DNA of 64,000 bases, taken from positions 43,937 through 107,936 of IMG/VR virus record IMGVR_UViG_3300022833_000005. One strand, 5' to 3'. The stretch comes from a virus. Shown here in pieces: positions 19,165 to 28,513 of this stretch. Under the pieces are notes generated by a model. That model had not been told where the DNA came from. It saw only the letters and a list, made by a program, of their open reading frames with translations, and did no database searches. The translations under genes and the position numbers were made by a program. How positions within the stretch are numbered: position 1 is the first letter of the stretch; every line of letters begins with the position of its first letter.

Positions 19165-22100
19165 ATGAACAAATTAGTTTGTGCAGCAAATCCTTGCCCA
19201 ATTATACTTAGTAGTGCATGTGTCTTTTACGAAGGCCCTAATTTATTATGTGCTAATATTTTAACAAATCAAACTGTTGAAGAAGCTCTTAAGAATATTG
19301 ATGCTCTCTTGTGTGCTGGTAAAGGTTTAGATGGTTCATCTGGTACATCTGGTACATCTGGTACAAGTGGCACAACTGGTACCAGTGGAACGTCTGCTAC
19401 ATCAGGAACATCAGGTACAAGTGGTACAAGCGGAACATCAGGTACAAGTGGTACAACAGGTACATCAGGTAGTAGTGGAACATCAGCTACAAGTGGAACA
19501 TCAGGTACGTCAGGTACTAGTGGTACATCAGGTACATCTGGTACAACAGGTACAAGTGGTACAACAGGTACAAGCGGTACTTCTGCTACTAGTGGTACAA
19601 GTGGAACAACAGGTACATCAGGTACATCTGGTACAACAGGTACGAGTGGTACAACAGGTACAAGCGGTACTTCTGCTACTAGTGGTACAAGTGCTACATC
19701 TGGCACTAGTGGTAGCTCTGGATATGATGGAGATAAATATAAAACAACATCTACTGATTCATTTTTATTATGCAATCCAGGATGTTTAACAGTTGATCTA
19801 GGATTAGCATTCACTCCTGGTCAGTCTATTGTTGTAGCTCATGATATAAATAATTATCAAGAATGTACAATAATAACATACAACTCTGCTAATGGAGAAT
19901 TATGTTTTACAGAACCAATAACTTGTGTAGGAAGTGGTACATATAGTGAATGGTATATAAATTTAGATGGATCAACCGGTGGTGATGGGTCTTCTGGTAC
20001 TAGTGGTACTAGTGGAACAACAGGTACTAGTGGTACGTCTGGTACAAGTGGTACTAGTGGTACATCAGGTACAACAGGTACAAGTGGTACAAGTGGTACA
20101 TCTGGTACAAGTGGTACGACAGGTACATCTGGTACGACAGGTACAAGCGGAACATCTGCTACCAGTGGAACAACAGGTACAAGTGGTACAACAGGTACAA
20201 GTGGTAGTAGTGGCACAACAGGTACAAGTGGTACAAGTAGTACATCAGGTAGCAGTGGTACAGTTGGTACATCTGGTACATCTGGTACATCAGCTACATC
20301 TGGTACAAGTGGTACATCAGGTAGTAGTGGTACAACTGGTACTAGTGGTACAACAGGTACAACAGGTACATCTGGTACAAGTGGATTAAATGGTTCGTCT
20401 GGAGCAGCAATAGCAAATTGGTATGCAAGTTTTTCTGATAGCACTACTCAATCTCTTTCAGCATCAAATGTTTCAACAGCAATTACATTTAATACAATAG
20501 AATTAAACAATGGAGTTGCCTTAGATTTTAATCAAGAAATAAGATATCCACATGCAGGAATATATGAAGTAGGTTATTCTTTACAACTAAAGCAATCTGG
20601 AAGTGAAACTTCGTATTCTAGCGTTGATGTATTTTTAAGAAAAAATGGTAATGACATTATAAGGAAAGATAGATTAATTGATATTGAACCAGGAGGTAGG
20701 GTTAATTTACCTTTTGCTTCATTTATATTGAATTTAGAAGCAAATGATTATTTAGAATTAATGTTTGCTTCTACTAATCCAAATATTCAAATTTCAGCAG
20801 TTGCAAGTTCATCTTCTCCTTATACTAAACCTGCTGCACCTTCAGTTATATTTATTACAAAACAAATAGGAGTGTCCGTAGGATCAACTTCTGGAATATC
20901 AGGTACAACAGGTACAAGTGGTACAAGTGGTACATCTGGTACAAGTGGCACAACTGGTACAAGTGGCACAACTGGTACATCTGGTACAAGTGGTACAAGT
21001 GGTACAAGTGGTACTTCAGGACTTCTTGGATCCGCAGCAGTTCCTTTAGTTATTACTGGTACTAATATTTCTATCAATCAATCTAGCTCAATTGCTAATG
21101 GTTTTTTAAGCTCAACAGATTGGAACAATTTTAATAATAAAGCAAACACAGCTTCTCCTACATTTACAGGAACAGTTGGCGGTATAACAAAAGAAATGGT
21201 AGGACTTGGAAACGTAGACAATTTGCCAAGTCTTTTTATAGAAAACGCAACTGGAGGTAGCCAATCAACACAAAGAGTTGGAGCGGGTACTGCAACAGGA
21301 AGTCAATCTACTATAAGTGGTGGTGAAAATAATAATTCAAGTGGCGATTATTCAACAGTTGGTGGTGGTCGTACTAATATTTCGAGTGGTAATTATTCAA
21401 CAGTTGGTGGTGGTCGTATTAATACTTCGAGTAGTTTTTATTCAACACTTAGCGGTGGTCTTAGTAATATTTCGAGTGCTAATTATTCAACAGTTGGTGG
21501 TGGTCAGACTAGTACTGCGAGTGGTTTTTATTCAACAGTTAGCGGTGGTTATATGAATGTTGCAAGTAACACTAACTCTACAGTAAGTGGAGGGGTTAGC
21601 AATACAGCAAGTGGTGGTTATTCAACAATAAGCGGTGGTAAATCTAATACAGCATCAGCTGGTCTTTCTTCAATACTAGGTGGTGCCTATAACAACACAT
21701 CAACATTTGTTAACTCACACATTATAGGTAGTAATATAATAGCATCTGTAGCAAATACTACTTTCGTTGAAGACTTATCTATTAAGAATATTCCAATTGG
21801 CTCAACTTTAGAGGTTGGAGCAAACAATGTCTTGATAGCGGGTTCAGCGGGTGGAGCAAGTCTTTTTGAAGAAAACGCAACAGGAGGAGTTGGTTCAACA
21901 CAAAGAGTTGGTTCGGGTACAGCATCAGGTAATACTTCAACAGTTAGTGGTGGAGATACTAACATAGCATCAGGTGATAGCTCAACAGTTGGTGGTGGTA
22001 TAGCGAACACAGCATCAGATAATAAATCTACAGTTGGTGGTGGAAGTAATAATCAAGCTACGGGTAGTTATTCTACAATTGGTGGTGGTAAGAACAACGC

Positions 22101-22710
22101 AGCTAGTGCATTCAGTAGTTTTATGGGTACTACTAAGGGTTCTACGGTAAGTGGAGGTGGAAATAATACCGCAGGTGGTGTCGGGGGTAATTCGGGCTAT
22201 GAAACAATTGGCGGTGGACATCATAATATAGCAAGTGGGGATGTGTCTACCATTAGTGGTGGAGATACTAACATAGCATCAGGTGATAGCTCAACAGTTG
22301 GTGGTGGTTGGAATAACACAACAAGTACTCGATTTACAGTAATAGCTGGTGGTGGTATAAATACTGCAAGTGCTCCTTACGGAGTAGTAAGTGGAGGTAA
22401 GGACAATATAGTAAGTGGTAATCATTCTACAATAAGCGGTGGTCGTAATAATACTGCGAGTAGTTTTTATTCAACAGTTGGTGGTGGTTTTAGTAATATT
22501 TCGAGTGCTAATTATTCTTCAATAACGGGTGGAAAATTAAACAACACATCAACATTTGCTAACTCACACATTATAGGTAGTAATATAACTTCTAACAGAA
22601 TAAATACTACATTTGTACAGAATTTATCAATTACAACTATTCCAACAGCAAGTGCGGGATTACCTTCGGGTTCAGTTTGGAGTAACGGAGGGGTTTTAAA
22701 TATAGTATAA
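19165..22710 (+). CDS. Fibre/appendage protein: (Gly-Thr-Ser)n collagen-like stalks, C1q/BclA-CTD-like domain, two STVxGG-N beta-solenoid blocks
   Basis: Three Gly-X-Y Ser/Thr tracts; WYASF...GIYEVGYSLQ...LEANDYLEL domain (~20420-20860); 14-aa STV(S/G)GGxxNxAS repeats. Confidence 0.75.
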   Translation: MNKLVCAANPCPIILSSACVFYEGPNLLCANILTNQTVEEALKNIDALLCAGKGLDGSSGTSGTSGTSGTTGTSGTSATSGTSGTSGTSGTSGTSGTTGTSGSSGTSATSGTSGTSGTSGTSGTSGTTGTSGTTGTSGTSATSGTSGTTGTSGTSGTTGTSGTTGTSGTSATSGTSATSGTSGSSGYDGDKYKTTSTDSFLLCNPGCLTVDLGLAFTPGQSIVVAHDINNYQECTIITYNSANGELCFTEPITCVGSGTYSEWYINLDGSTGGDGSSGTSGTSGTTGTSGTSGTSGTSGTSGTTGTSGTSGTSGTSGTTGTSGTTGTSGTSATSGTTGTSGTTGTSGSSGTTGTSGTSSTSGSSGTVGTSGTSGTSATSGTSGTSGSSGTTGTSGTTGTTGTSGTSGLNGSSGAAIANWYASFSDSTTQSLSASNVSTAITFNTIELNNGVALDFNQEIRYPHAGIYEVGYSLQLKQSGSETSYSSVDVFLRKNGNDIIRKDRLIDIEPGGRVNLPFASFILNLEANDYLELMFASTNPNIQISAVASSSSPYTKPAAPSVIFITKQIGVSVGSTSGISGTTGTSGTSGTSGTSGTTGTSGTTGTSGTSGTSGTSGTSGLLGSAAVPLVITGTNISINQSSSIANGFLSSTDWNNFNNKANTASPTFTGTVGGITKEMVGLGNVDNLPSLFIENATGGSQSTQRVGAGTATGSQSTISGGENNNSSGDYSTVGGGRTNISSGNYSTVGGGRINTSSSFYSTLSGGLSNISSANYSTVGGGQTSTASGFYSTVSGGYMNVASNTNSTVSGGVSNTASGGYSTISGGKSNTASAGLSSILGGAYNNTSTFVNSHIIGSNIIASVANTTFVEDLSIKNIPIGSTLEVGANNVLIAGSAGGASLFEENATGGVGSTQRVGSGTASGNTSTVSGGDTNIASGDSSTVGGGIANTASDNKSTVGGGSNNQATGSYSTIGGGKNNAASAFSSFMGTTKGSTVSGGGNNTAGGVGGNSGYETIGGGHHNIASGDVSTISGGDTNIASGDSSTVGGGWNNTTSTRFTVIAGGGINTASAPYGVVSGGKDNIVSGNHSTISGGRNNTASSFYSTVGGGFSNISSANYSSITGGKLNNTSTFANSHIIGSNITSNRINTTFVQNLSITTIPTASAGLPSGSVWSNGGVLNIV
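19333..19723 (+). repeat. 9-bp-period tandem repeat encoding (GTS/GTT/ATS)n, block 1
   Basis: ggtacaagt/ggtacatct/ggaacatca units. Confidence 0.95.
19987..20403 (+). repeat. 9-bp-period tandem repeat encoding (GTS/GTT)n, block 2
   Basis: Same triplet units. Confidence 0.95.
20881..21021 (+). repeat. 9-bp-period tandem repeat encoding (GTS/GTT)n, block 3
   Basis: Same triplet units. Confidence 0.95.
21944..22308 (+). repeat. Exact 56-bp direct repeat (21944-21999 and 22253-22308) within the solenoid repeats
   Basis: ttagtggtggagatactaacatagcatcaggtgatagctcaacagttggtggtggt occurs twice. Confidence 0.9.
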
Positions 22711-22735
22711 TAATAATAATAAATAAACAGAAAAG

Positions 22736-23050
22736 ATGGAAAACAATTTTACAGTTCATATTTTTGGGTACGGAGAAACTCAATATATAACAAAAGACGT
22801 TAATTTTAAAACATTAACAACAGATTTAACAAAGGTTCAGCCTTTAATTGATGCAATTTGGGCAGAAAAACCCGAAGACGTAACGGGCGGAGATGAATAT
22901 CACGCAGTAAACATATTTAATTACAACAACAAAAATTGGCAAGGAAAAGGAAAAGAAAATGCTTCTTTTTATATTAGAGAAAATGATAACTTAGTGGATT
23001 TAATTGATGCTTTAATTACAGAGATTAAATACTTAGTTCCAAGTAAATAA
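22736..23050 (+). CDS. Hypothetical protein (possibly fibre-associated)
   Basis: 104-aa ORF with an A-rich leader directly after the fibre gene. Confidence 0.65.
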   Translation: MENNFTVHIFGYGETQYITKDVNFKTLTTDLTKVQPLIDAIWAEKPEDVTGGDEYHAVNIFNYNNKNWQGKGKENASFYIRENDNLVDLIDALITEIKYLVPSK

Positions 23051-23070
23051 AACAATTCATTGATATAATA

Positions 23071-23104
23071 AGAGCGATAATATAGTTAATATTTATCGCT
23101 TTTA
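23071..23104 (+). terminator. Probable intrinsic terminator
   Basis: agcgataa...ttatcgct inverted repeat followed by a T-run. Confidence 0.55.
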
Positions 23105-23107
23105 CTA

Positions 23108-23115
23108 TATATTTG
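23108..23115 (+). promoter_or_regulatory. Bacteroidota -7 box (TATATTTG) for the sulfation cassette
   Basis: TAnnTTTG 16 nt upstream of the ATG at 23132. Confidence 0.55.
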
Positions 23116-23131
23116 TTAAAAACAAGAAACA

Positions 23132-23950
23132 ATGAATAAAAAAATCTTTTACAATTCTTCTTTGCCAAGGGCGGGTTCGACTTTAATATCTAATATTATT
23201 GCTCAAAACCCTAACTTTTATTGCACTCCAACTTCGGGTGTTTCTGATTATCTTTTAGGCAATAGAGCGACTTTTATTAATTCCCAACCTATTAAGGCAC
23301 AAAATAAAGAAAATATGGAAAAATCATTCTTTAATTATGCTAAATTTGGTATTCAAGGGTATTTTAGTGAATTAACTGACAAGCAGTTAATACTTGACAA
23401 AAGTAGAGATTGGGCGATTAATTATAGGTTGTTAGATGAAATCTATGCAAATCCTAAAATTATTTGTATGGTTAGAGATGTTAGGGCAATCTATTCTTCT
23501 ATGGAGAAAAACTTTAGAAAAAATCCTCACAAAGAAAATCATATACAAAATGTATCACAGTTAGTTGGAACTACTTTAGACAAAAGAGTTGATATTTGGG
23601 CAGATGGTTTACCCGTAGGTGTTGCAATGGATAGGTTAAAAGATATTTTTCAACAAGGGCTAGATAAACATATTTTATTTATTCGCTATGAAGATTTAAT
23701 GTCAAACCCAAAAGAAACAATGAATAGGGTGTATGACTATTTTCTTATTGATAGATTTGAACATTCATTTGATAAAATAGAACAATTAACACAAGAAGAT
23801 GATGGCGTTCACGGAATATATGGCGACCATAAATTAAGGCAAAAATTTAATATGTTACCAAATGATTTTGAAGAAATTTTAGGAATAGAATTATCTGAAA
23901 AAATTAAAAATACTTATCAGTGGTTTTTTAATAAATTCTACACGCTATGA
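23132..23950 (+). CDS. PAPS-dependent sulfotransferase
   Basis: 5'-PSB loop SSLPRAGST, 3'-PB motif MVRDVRAIYSS, and RYEDL. Confidence 0.88.
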   Translation: MNKKIFYNSSLPRAGSTLISNIIAQNPNFYCTPTSGVSDYLLGNRATFINSQPIKAQNKENMEKSFFNYAKFGIQGYFSELTDKQLILDKSRDWAINYRLLDEIYANPKIICMVRDVRAIYSSMEKNFRKNPHKENHIQNVSQLVGTTLDKRVDIWADGLPVGVAMDRLKDIFQQGLDKHILFIRYEDLMSNPKETMNRVYDYFLIDRFEHSFDKIEQLTQEDDGVHGIYGDHKLRQKFNMLPNDFEEILGIELSEKIKNTYQWFFNKFYTL

Positions 23951-24396
23951 TATATTGGTTCACAGGGCAACCATCCCACGGAAAAACAGTTTTAGCAAAT
24001 TTGTTAAAAGATATATTTAAGGACAAAAAAGTGTTTCACGTTGACGGAGATGATTTAAGAGCCTTAACTTTGAATAAGGACTATTCCAAACAAGGTAGGT
24101 TAGATAATGTAAGAGGTGCGCAAAAAATAGCCCATTATCTACACAACGAAGGTTGTACGGTGGTGGTTTCATTAGTTTCTCCTTACAGAGAGCAAAGAGA
24201 ACAGTTAAAGAGTGTTTTAGGGGAAAACATTATTGAAATATTTATACACACAACAGAAGCAAGAGAAAGAGATTGTTATAGGGTTGAAGACTATGAAAAA
24301 CCGTTAGAAAACTTTATTGATATTGATACGACTTTTGATACACCCGAACAATCACTTAAAAAAATAATAGAAAAATGTCAGATAGAAAATATTTAG
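23947..24396 (+). CDS. cysC: Adenylyl-sulfate (APS) kinase
   Basis: IYWFTGQPSHGKT P-loop, DGDDLR, VSLVSPY, YEKP motifs. Confidence 0.88.
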   Translation: MIYWFTGQPSHGKTVLANLLKDIFKDKKVFHVDGDDLRALTLNKDYSKQGRLDNVRGAQKIAHYLHNEGCTVVVSLVSPYREQREQLKSVLGENIIEIFIHTTEARERDCYRVEDYEKPLENFIDIDTTFDTPEQSLKKIIEKCQIENI

Positions 24397-24779
24397 TCCA
24401 ATCCGCAACTCAGTCTTCATTTAGTGAAGTAAAATTCTCTATGTATATTGGAAGATGGCAACCTTTTCACACAGGTCATAGATGGTTAATCGACCAAAGA
24501 TTAGACGAGGGAAAAAATATCTTAATTTGTATTAGAGATATAGCACCCGATGAAAAGAATCCTTGGACAGCAGAAGAGGTTACATTGAACTTAAATAAAG
24601 TATTAAAGGATTTAATTGAAGAGGGTCGTGTTAAAATTATAACTATTCCCGACATAGAATCTATTAATATTGGTAGGGGTGTTGGATATGATATTATAGA
24701 ACACTTACCACCTAATGAAATTAAAGAAGTATCAGCTACTAAAATTAGAAATCAAATGAAAAAAGATGGTAAATTATAA
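24375..24779 (+). CDS. HIGH-superfamily nucleotidyltransferase (cytidylyltransferase-like; candidate minimal ATP sulfurylase)
   Basis: IGRWQPFHTGH and VSATKIR motifs; operonic with cysC. Confidence 0.75.
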   Translation: MSDRKYLVQSATQSSFSEVKFSMYIGRWQPFHTGHRWLIDQRLDEGKNILICIRDIAPDEKNPWTAEEVTLNLNKVLKDLIEEGRVKIITIPDIESINIGRGVGYDIIEHLPPNEIKEVSATKIRNQMKKDGKL

Positions 24780-24975
24780 AAGGCATTTAGGCAAAACTAT
24801 TTCTTGGAGAATTATAGGCACTTTAGATACTATTATTTTATCAGGATTAATAACGGGAGATTTTATGATTGGCTTATCTATTGGAGGTGTAGAAGTCTTT
24901 ACAAAAATGATATTATACTTTTTCCACGAAAGAGCTTGGTATAAATACTCTAAATTTGGATTAGATAAAAAATAA
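24766..24975 (+). CDS. DUF2061-like small membrane protein
   Basis: KTISWRIIGTLDT...KMILYFFHERAW signature. Confidence 0.8.
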   Translation: MVNYKRHLGKTISWRIIGTLDTIILSGLITGDFMIGLSIGGVEVFTKMILYFFHERAWYKYSKFGLDKK

Positions 24976-25010
24976 ATTACAAAATACCAAAGAGGTTTAA
25001 TAGCATTATA

Positions 25011-28000
25011 TCAAAATCTAAACCATTTTTCTGAAATTAATAAATTAATTTTTTCTATTACTTGAACTGATTTAATACTCCTATGGCATTCAAAATGTCT
25101 AGGAGTATTTTTATGTTCAGGGCACCAATTCCAATCTCCCTTATCGAATGTATGTTCAGTTTTATTCCAACAACTGTTACATACAGATAAATCTTTTACT
25201 CTATAGCATTTAAATTCATGACTTTCTTCAGTGAAGTTTGATATCATAATAACTTCTTTATCTAAGGCCCAAGCTAACCAACTCAATCCTGAAGACAATC
25301 CTATAAAGAATTCACTTTGTGTGATCCATTCTATAGTGCTTTCTAATGATTTATTCTGAAGAGGTTCACAATTATCAAAAGGATTATCTTCTAATGAAAC
25401 ATTCTTAATAATATAGCCTTCTTTGTGCAAGTAATTAATTACATCTTGCCATCCTTCTCTGGTCCAATATTTACATCCTGCTGTACTATTTGTAGCTATT
25501 GTAACTAGTTTATAGTGTGCTTTATTTCCTGATTTATATATTTTTGGTTTTATTTCTACATAACTCAATCCTAATATATTTGTAGCTGTTTTTTGTAATG
25601 GTATTGTATTTGGTAATTCAGGTTCTTTATTAGTATTATAGAACCATCCTATTTTATACATTGCATATAAATTAGGTGCAACCTCTCCAGGTTTAATAAA
25701 TTCTAATTCAGGATATTCATTTTCAAATAAGAAATTTTTATAAGTGCTAACAATCATCTTACATTTATGCTTTTTACGAAACTCTTCAACATAGGGTATC
25801 CATGCAATTGTATCTCCTAAAGAAGAGCTATCAAAAGCTATGTAAACACGTTCATTTTCTAAATTAAATTCTTTAGTATATACAACCTTTCCATCTTCTG
25901 TCTTTATTATTGTTTTCCAGGCAGTATAATATTCTCTATCAAGTCTTATCCAAGAATTAACACCTATTGTGTTATTATATATAAGTTTTTCACCATCATA
26001 CATTTCAACAGTAAATTTTTTATTAGATGTACCTTTTATTTCTAAATACGGTTTACCTACAAAATGTTGTATAACATAAAAGTCTTCTTTAATTTTATTT
26101 TGCATCACATCAATATTTAATACTCTGTTATATAAACTTTTATGATTGCCTCCAAATGTAATATTTGTATTATTACTAGGAACTTCATAGACATCTTTAC
26201 TATCTAATGCTTTTTTTAATTGATCATCTATGTTTGATAATCCAACATTTTCAATTGCATGTATGTACTTTGTAAACATATTTCCATACTGAGGTAAGTT
26301 GCGTGCAATTATTGGAAGATTATAAGATATAGCTTCTCTCAACACTAGAGGATTGCATTCCCAAGTGCTATTAAACATAAATACATCTGCAGCTAACATA
26401 AATAAATGTGTATCTGATCTTTCTCCCCATATGTGTACATTAGAAGGTACATCTTTCATAATTGGTTCCCAATATTCACTAAAGTTTACTGCTTGATTAC
26501 CTACAAAATGAAAATCTACATTTGGAAAGCTTCTTGCTAGTTCTACACCTTCTCCCTGATTTTTTCCTTTAGTCCACAGTCCTATATTTACTACATGTTT
26601 TCTATTATTATCAAAACCTAATTCATATTTTGCTTCAACTTTTGATTTTAGATTATTTACAACAGGTTCTATTGGAAATTCAATTACGTCTTTGTAAGAA
26701 GGTGTATCTTTAAATGTTTTTAAATGATAAGAAGTGCAAAAAGCATAAGCTTCTGGATGATATTTTTTTTCTGTATCTGGAGAAAAAGATATGTTATGAC
26801 ATGTTTCTATAATTTTCCATGTTCTATCGTTTGCATACAATAAGTTAAGTACTTCTGCTGATCCATTTCCTAAGTGTTCAGACATTTCATCTATGTGTAC
26901 AATATCAATTTTGTTATTTCTTATAATATCAATGAGTTCTGTTTTATCTTCTCCTAATGTATAGATGTTTTTTACTATTTCTCTTATTTGATTTTTCTGT
27001 ACAACATACTCGTCACTGTAATTAGCCCACTCTACTACATAAATATTAAATCCAACTAATGATTTTATTCTTCTAAGTAAGAATTCAGGCATACCACCTG
27101 TAGATAAATGTGGAGCAATGAATAAAACTTTTTTTGAAAGTTGGTTTATTGTGTCTTGCATTATACTAATGTCTTTTTCTCCATGAAAAGCTAATAGATG
27201 TTCTTCTTTTGCAGGTGTGGCAACCCATTCTGATATATGATTTACCTCACCCGTAAATTTAAAACTACTTACATCTACTTTACCCTTATAGTTTATATAC
27301 ATTAGAGGAAGTCCTATGTGGATATTATGTTTCCACAATAACACATTCATTATAGTTTCTTCGTGATAAGGGGCATACAATTGTGGGTTTTTCACTATAG
27401 CTGGATGACTGCACATCCAAGACCATTCATCAATAAAATTACGAGAATTCTGACCAGCTACAAAGTAACCACTTTGTCTATACTTATTTCTAACTGATTG
27501 ATCTACATTAAAAAGTTTACATGCAGCATGTTCTAAACTTTCATGTAAATCATCTCTAGTTTCTACTCCACCACGACCATTAATAAATAAATAATCATAT
27601 ACACCTTCTACAAAGTATGGATGTGTAGCTTCATTAGGTAGATAATCAAATATAGTATCTATATATTTAGTTACTACAGTGTCTGAATCTATATAAGCTA
27701 TTGTCAAAGCATGCTTATCTAAAGCATCTGCAACAATTAAAGGTCTTTGTATTAGTAATTTATAAATCTGAGAGTTATTTCTATCTAAATAGTTATTTTT
27801 TTCTATGTGTACACCTTCTAAATTCCATTCAATTGTTTTGTATGCACCTTTTATTTTTATATCAGAGTTTATCATATACACTATTACAGGTATATTGCTA
27901 ACATTATTGATACTTTTTACAGCCATTGTTACTATTTCACTATAAGATGCATTTGCATATAATATGTATGATTTTTCCAATTTCATATGTATATACGTAT

Positions 28001-28487
28001 AATACCCATAATACTCGTTAGAGAAAATACATTTAAGTTTTGGATAACGTTCTGTCATTACATCTGGTGTAAGATCAAGTTGATGGTGAGTTTCGTGTAT
28101 ATTCCCTTCATGCTCTCCCTGCTCCATTTCATAAGGAATAGCAACTAAACAGTCTTTACCTAATTCAATAATTTTATCAATTAATTCTATAGCTTGATCT
28201 TTATGTAAATGTTCTAAAACATCTCCTAGAATAATAAAATCATAGTCTACTATAGAGAACTCAAGTATGTCTTTACAATATACATTATCATACTTTTTGA
28301 TTAACCCATATTTATAGATGTAAGGACTATATATCTCCACTGCATCTATATTATAGCTTTCTGATTCTAATAAATCTGCGTAAGTTCCTATACCAGGACC
28401 TACATCTAATAGTCTTTTATGAGTTGGGACATTGTCTTGAAACCACTGTTTTACTTCAGTTTTAAATAAATAAAAGCTAATAGGCAT
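25011..28487 (-). CDS. Multidomain glycan-modifying enzyme: SAM methyltransferase + GT-A + GT4 (GT-B) + TibC/Aah-like autotransporter heptosyltransferase
   Basis: LDVGPGIG/GDVLEH; YIDSD; PHLSTGGMP and ECNPLVLREA; SSLGDTIAW, GLSSGLSWLAW and CNSC...CP...FEC. Start set to ATG 28487 because the track's TTG start lies within a promoter box. Confidence 0.82.
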   Translation of the reverse strand: MPISFYLFKTEVKQWFQDNVPTHKRLLDVGPGIGTYADLLESESYNIDAVEIYSPYIYKYGLIKKYDNVYCKDILEFSIVDYDFIILGDVLEHLHKDQAIELIDKIIELGKDCLVAIPYEMEQGEHEGNIHETHHQLDLTPDVMTERYPKLKCIFSNEYYGYYTYIHMKLEKSYILYANASYSEIVTMAVKSINNVSNIPVIVYMINSDIKIKGAYKTIEWNLEGVHIEKNNYLDRNNSQIYKLLIQRPLIVADALDKHALTIAYIDSDTVVTKYIDTIFDYLPNEATHPYFVEGVYDYLFINGRGGVETRDDLHESLEHAACKLFNVDQSVRNKYRQSGYFVAGQNSRNFIDEWSWMCSHPAIVKNPQLYAPYHEETIMNVLLWKHNIHIGLPLMYINYKGKVDVSSFKFTGEVNHISEWVATPAKEEHLLAFHGEKDISIMQDTINQLSKKVLFIAPHLSTGGMPEFLLRRIKSLVGFNIYVVEWANYSDEYVVQKNQIREIVKNIYTLGEDKTELIDIIRNNKIDIVHIDEMSEHLGNGSAEVLNLLYANDRTWKIIETCHNISFSPDTEKKYHPEAYAFCTSYHLKTFKDTPSYKDVIEFPIEPVVNNLKSKVEAKYELGFDNNRKHVVNIGLWTKGKNQGEGVELARSFPNVDFHFVGNQAVNFSEYWEPIMKDVPSNVHIWGERSDTHLFMLAADVFMFNSTWECNPLVLREAISYNLPIIARNLPQYGNMFTKYIHAIENVGLSNIDDQLKKALDSKDVYEVPSNNTNITFGGNHKSLYNRVLNIDVMQNKIKEDFYVIQHFVGKPYLEIKGTSNKKFTVEMYDGEKLIYNNTIGVNSWIRLDREYYTAWKTIIKTEDGKVVYTKEFNLENERVYIAFDSSSLGDTIAWIPYVEEFRKKHKCKMIVSTYKNFLFENEYPELEFIKPGEVAPNLYAMYKIGWFYNTNKEPELPNTIPLQKTATNILGLSYVEIKPKIYKSGNKAHYKLVTIATNSTAGCKYWTREGWQDVINYLHKEGYIIKNVSLEDNPFDNCEPLQNKSLESTIEWITQSEFFIGLSSGLSWLAWALDKEVIMISNFTEESHEFKCYRVKDLSVCNSCWNKTEHTFDKGDWNWCPEHKNTPRHFECHRSIKSVQVIEKINLLISEKWFRF

Positions 28488-28505
28488 AATCTTTGATTTT
28501 AAATA

Positions 28506-28513
28506 CAAATGTA
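28506..28513 (-). promoter_or_regulatory. -7 box (TACATTTG) for the multidomain GT
   Basis: TAnnTTTG on the minus strand, 18 nt before the ATG. Confidence 0.55.

Noticed and set aside
19269-21077. Antisense and alternate-frame ORFs (VPLVPD..., VQVVQQ...)
   Set aside because: Shadows of the stop-free 9-bp GTS repeats
19333-22540. CRISPR array or DGR template/variable repeat
   Set aside because: Repeats are in-frame coding units without unique spacers; no reverse transcriptase gene or adenine-specific mismatch pattern seen
23132-24975. Assimilatory sulfate reduction or DNA phosphorothioation system
   Set aside because: No PAPS reductase, sulfite reductase or dnd/ssp-like genes; the sulfotransferase points to sulfation
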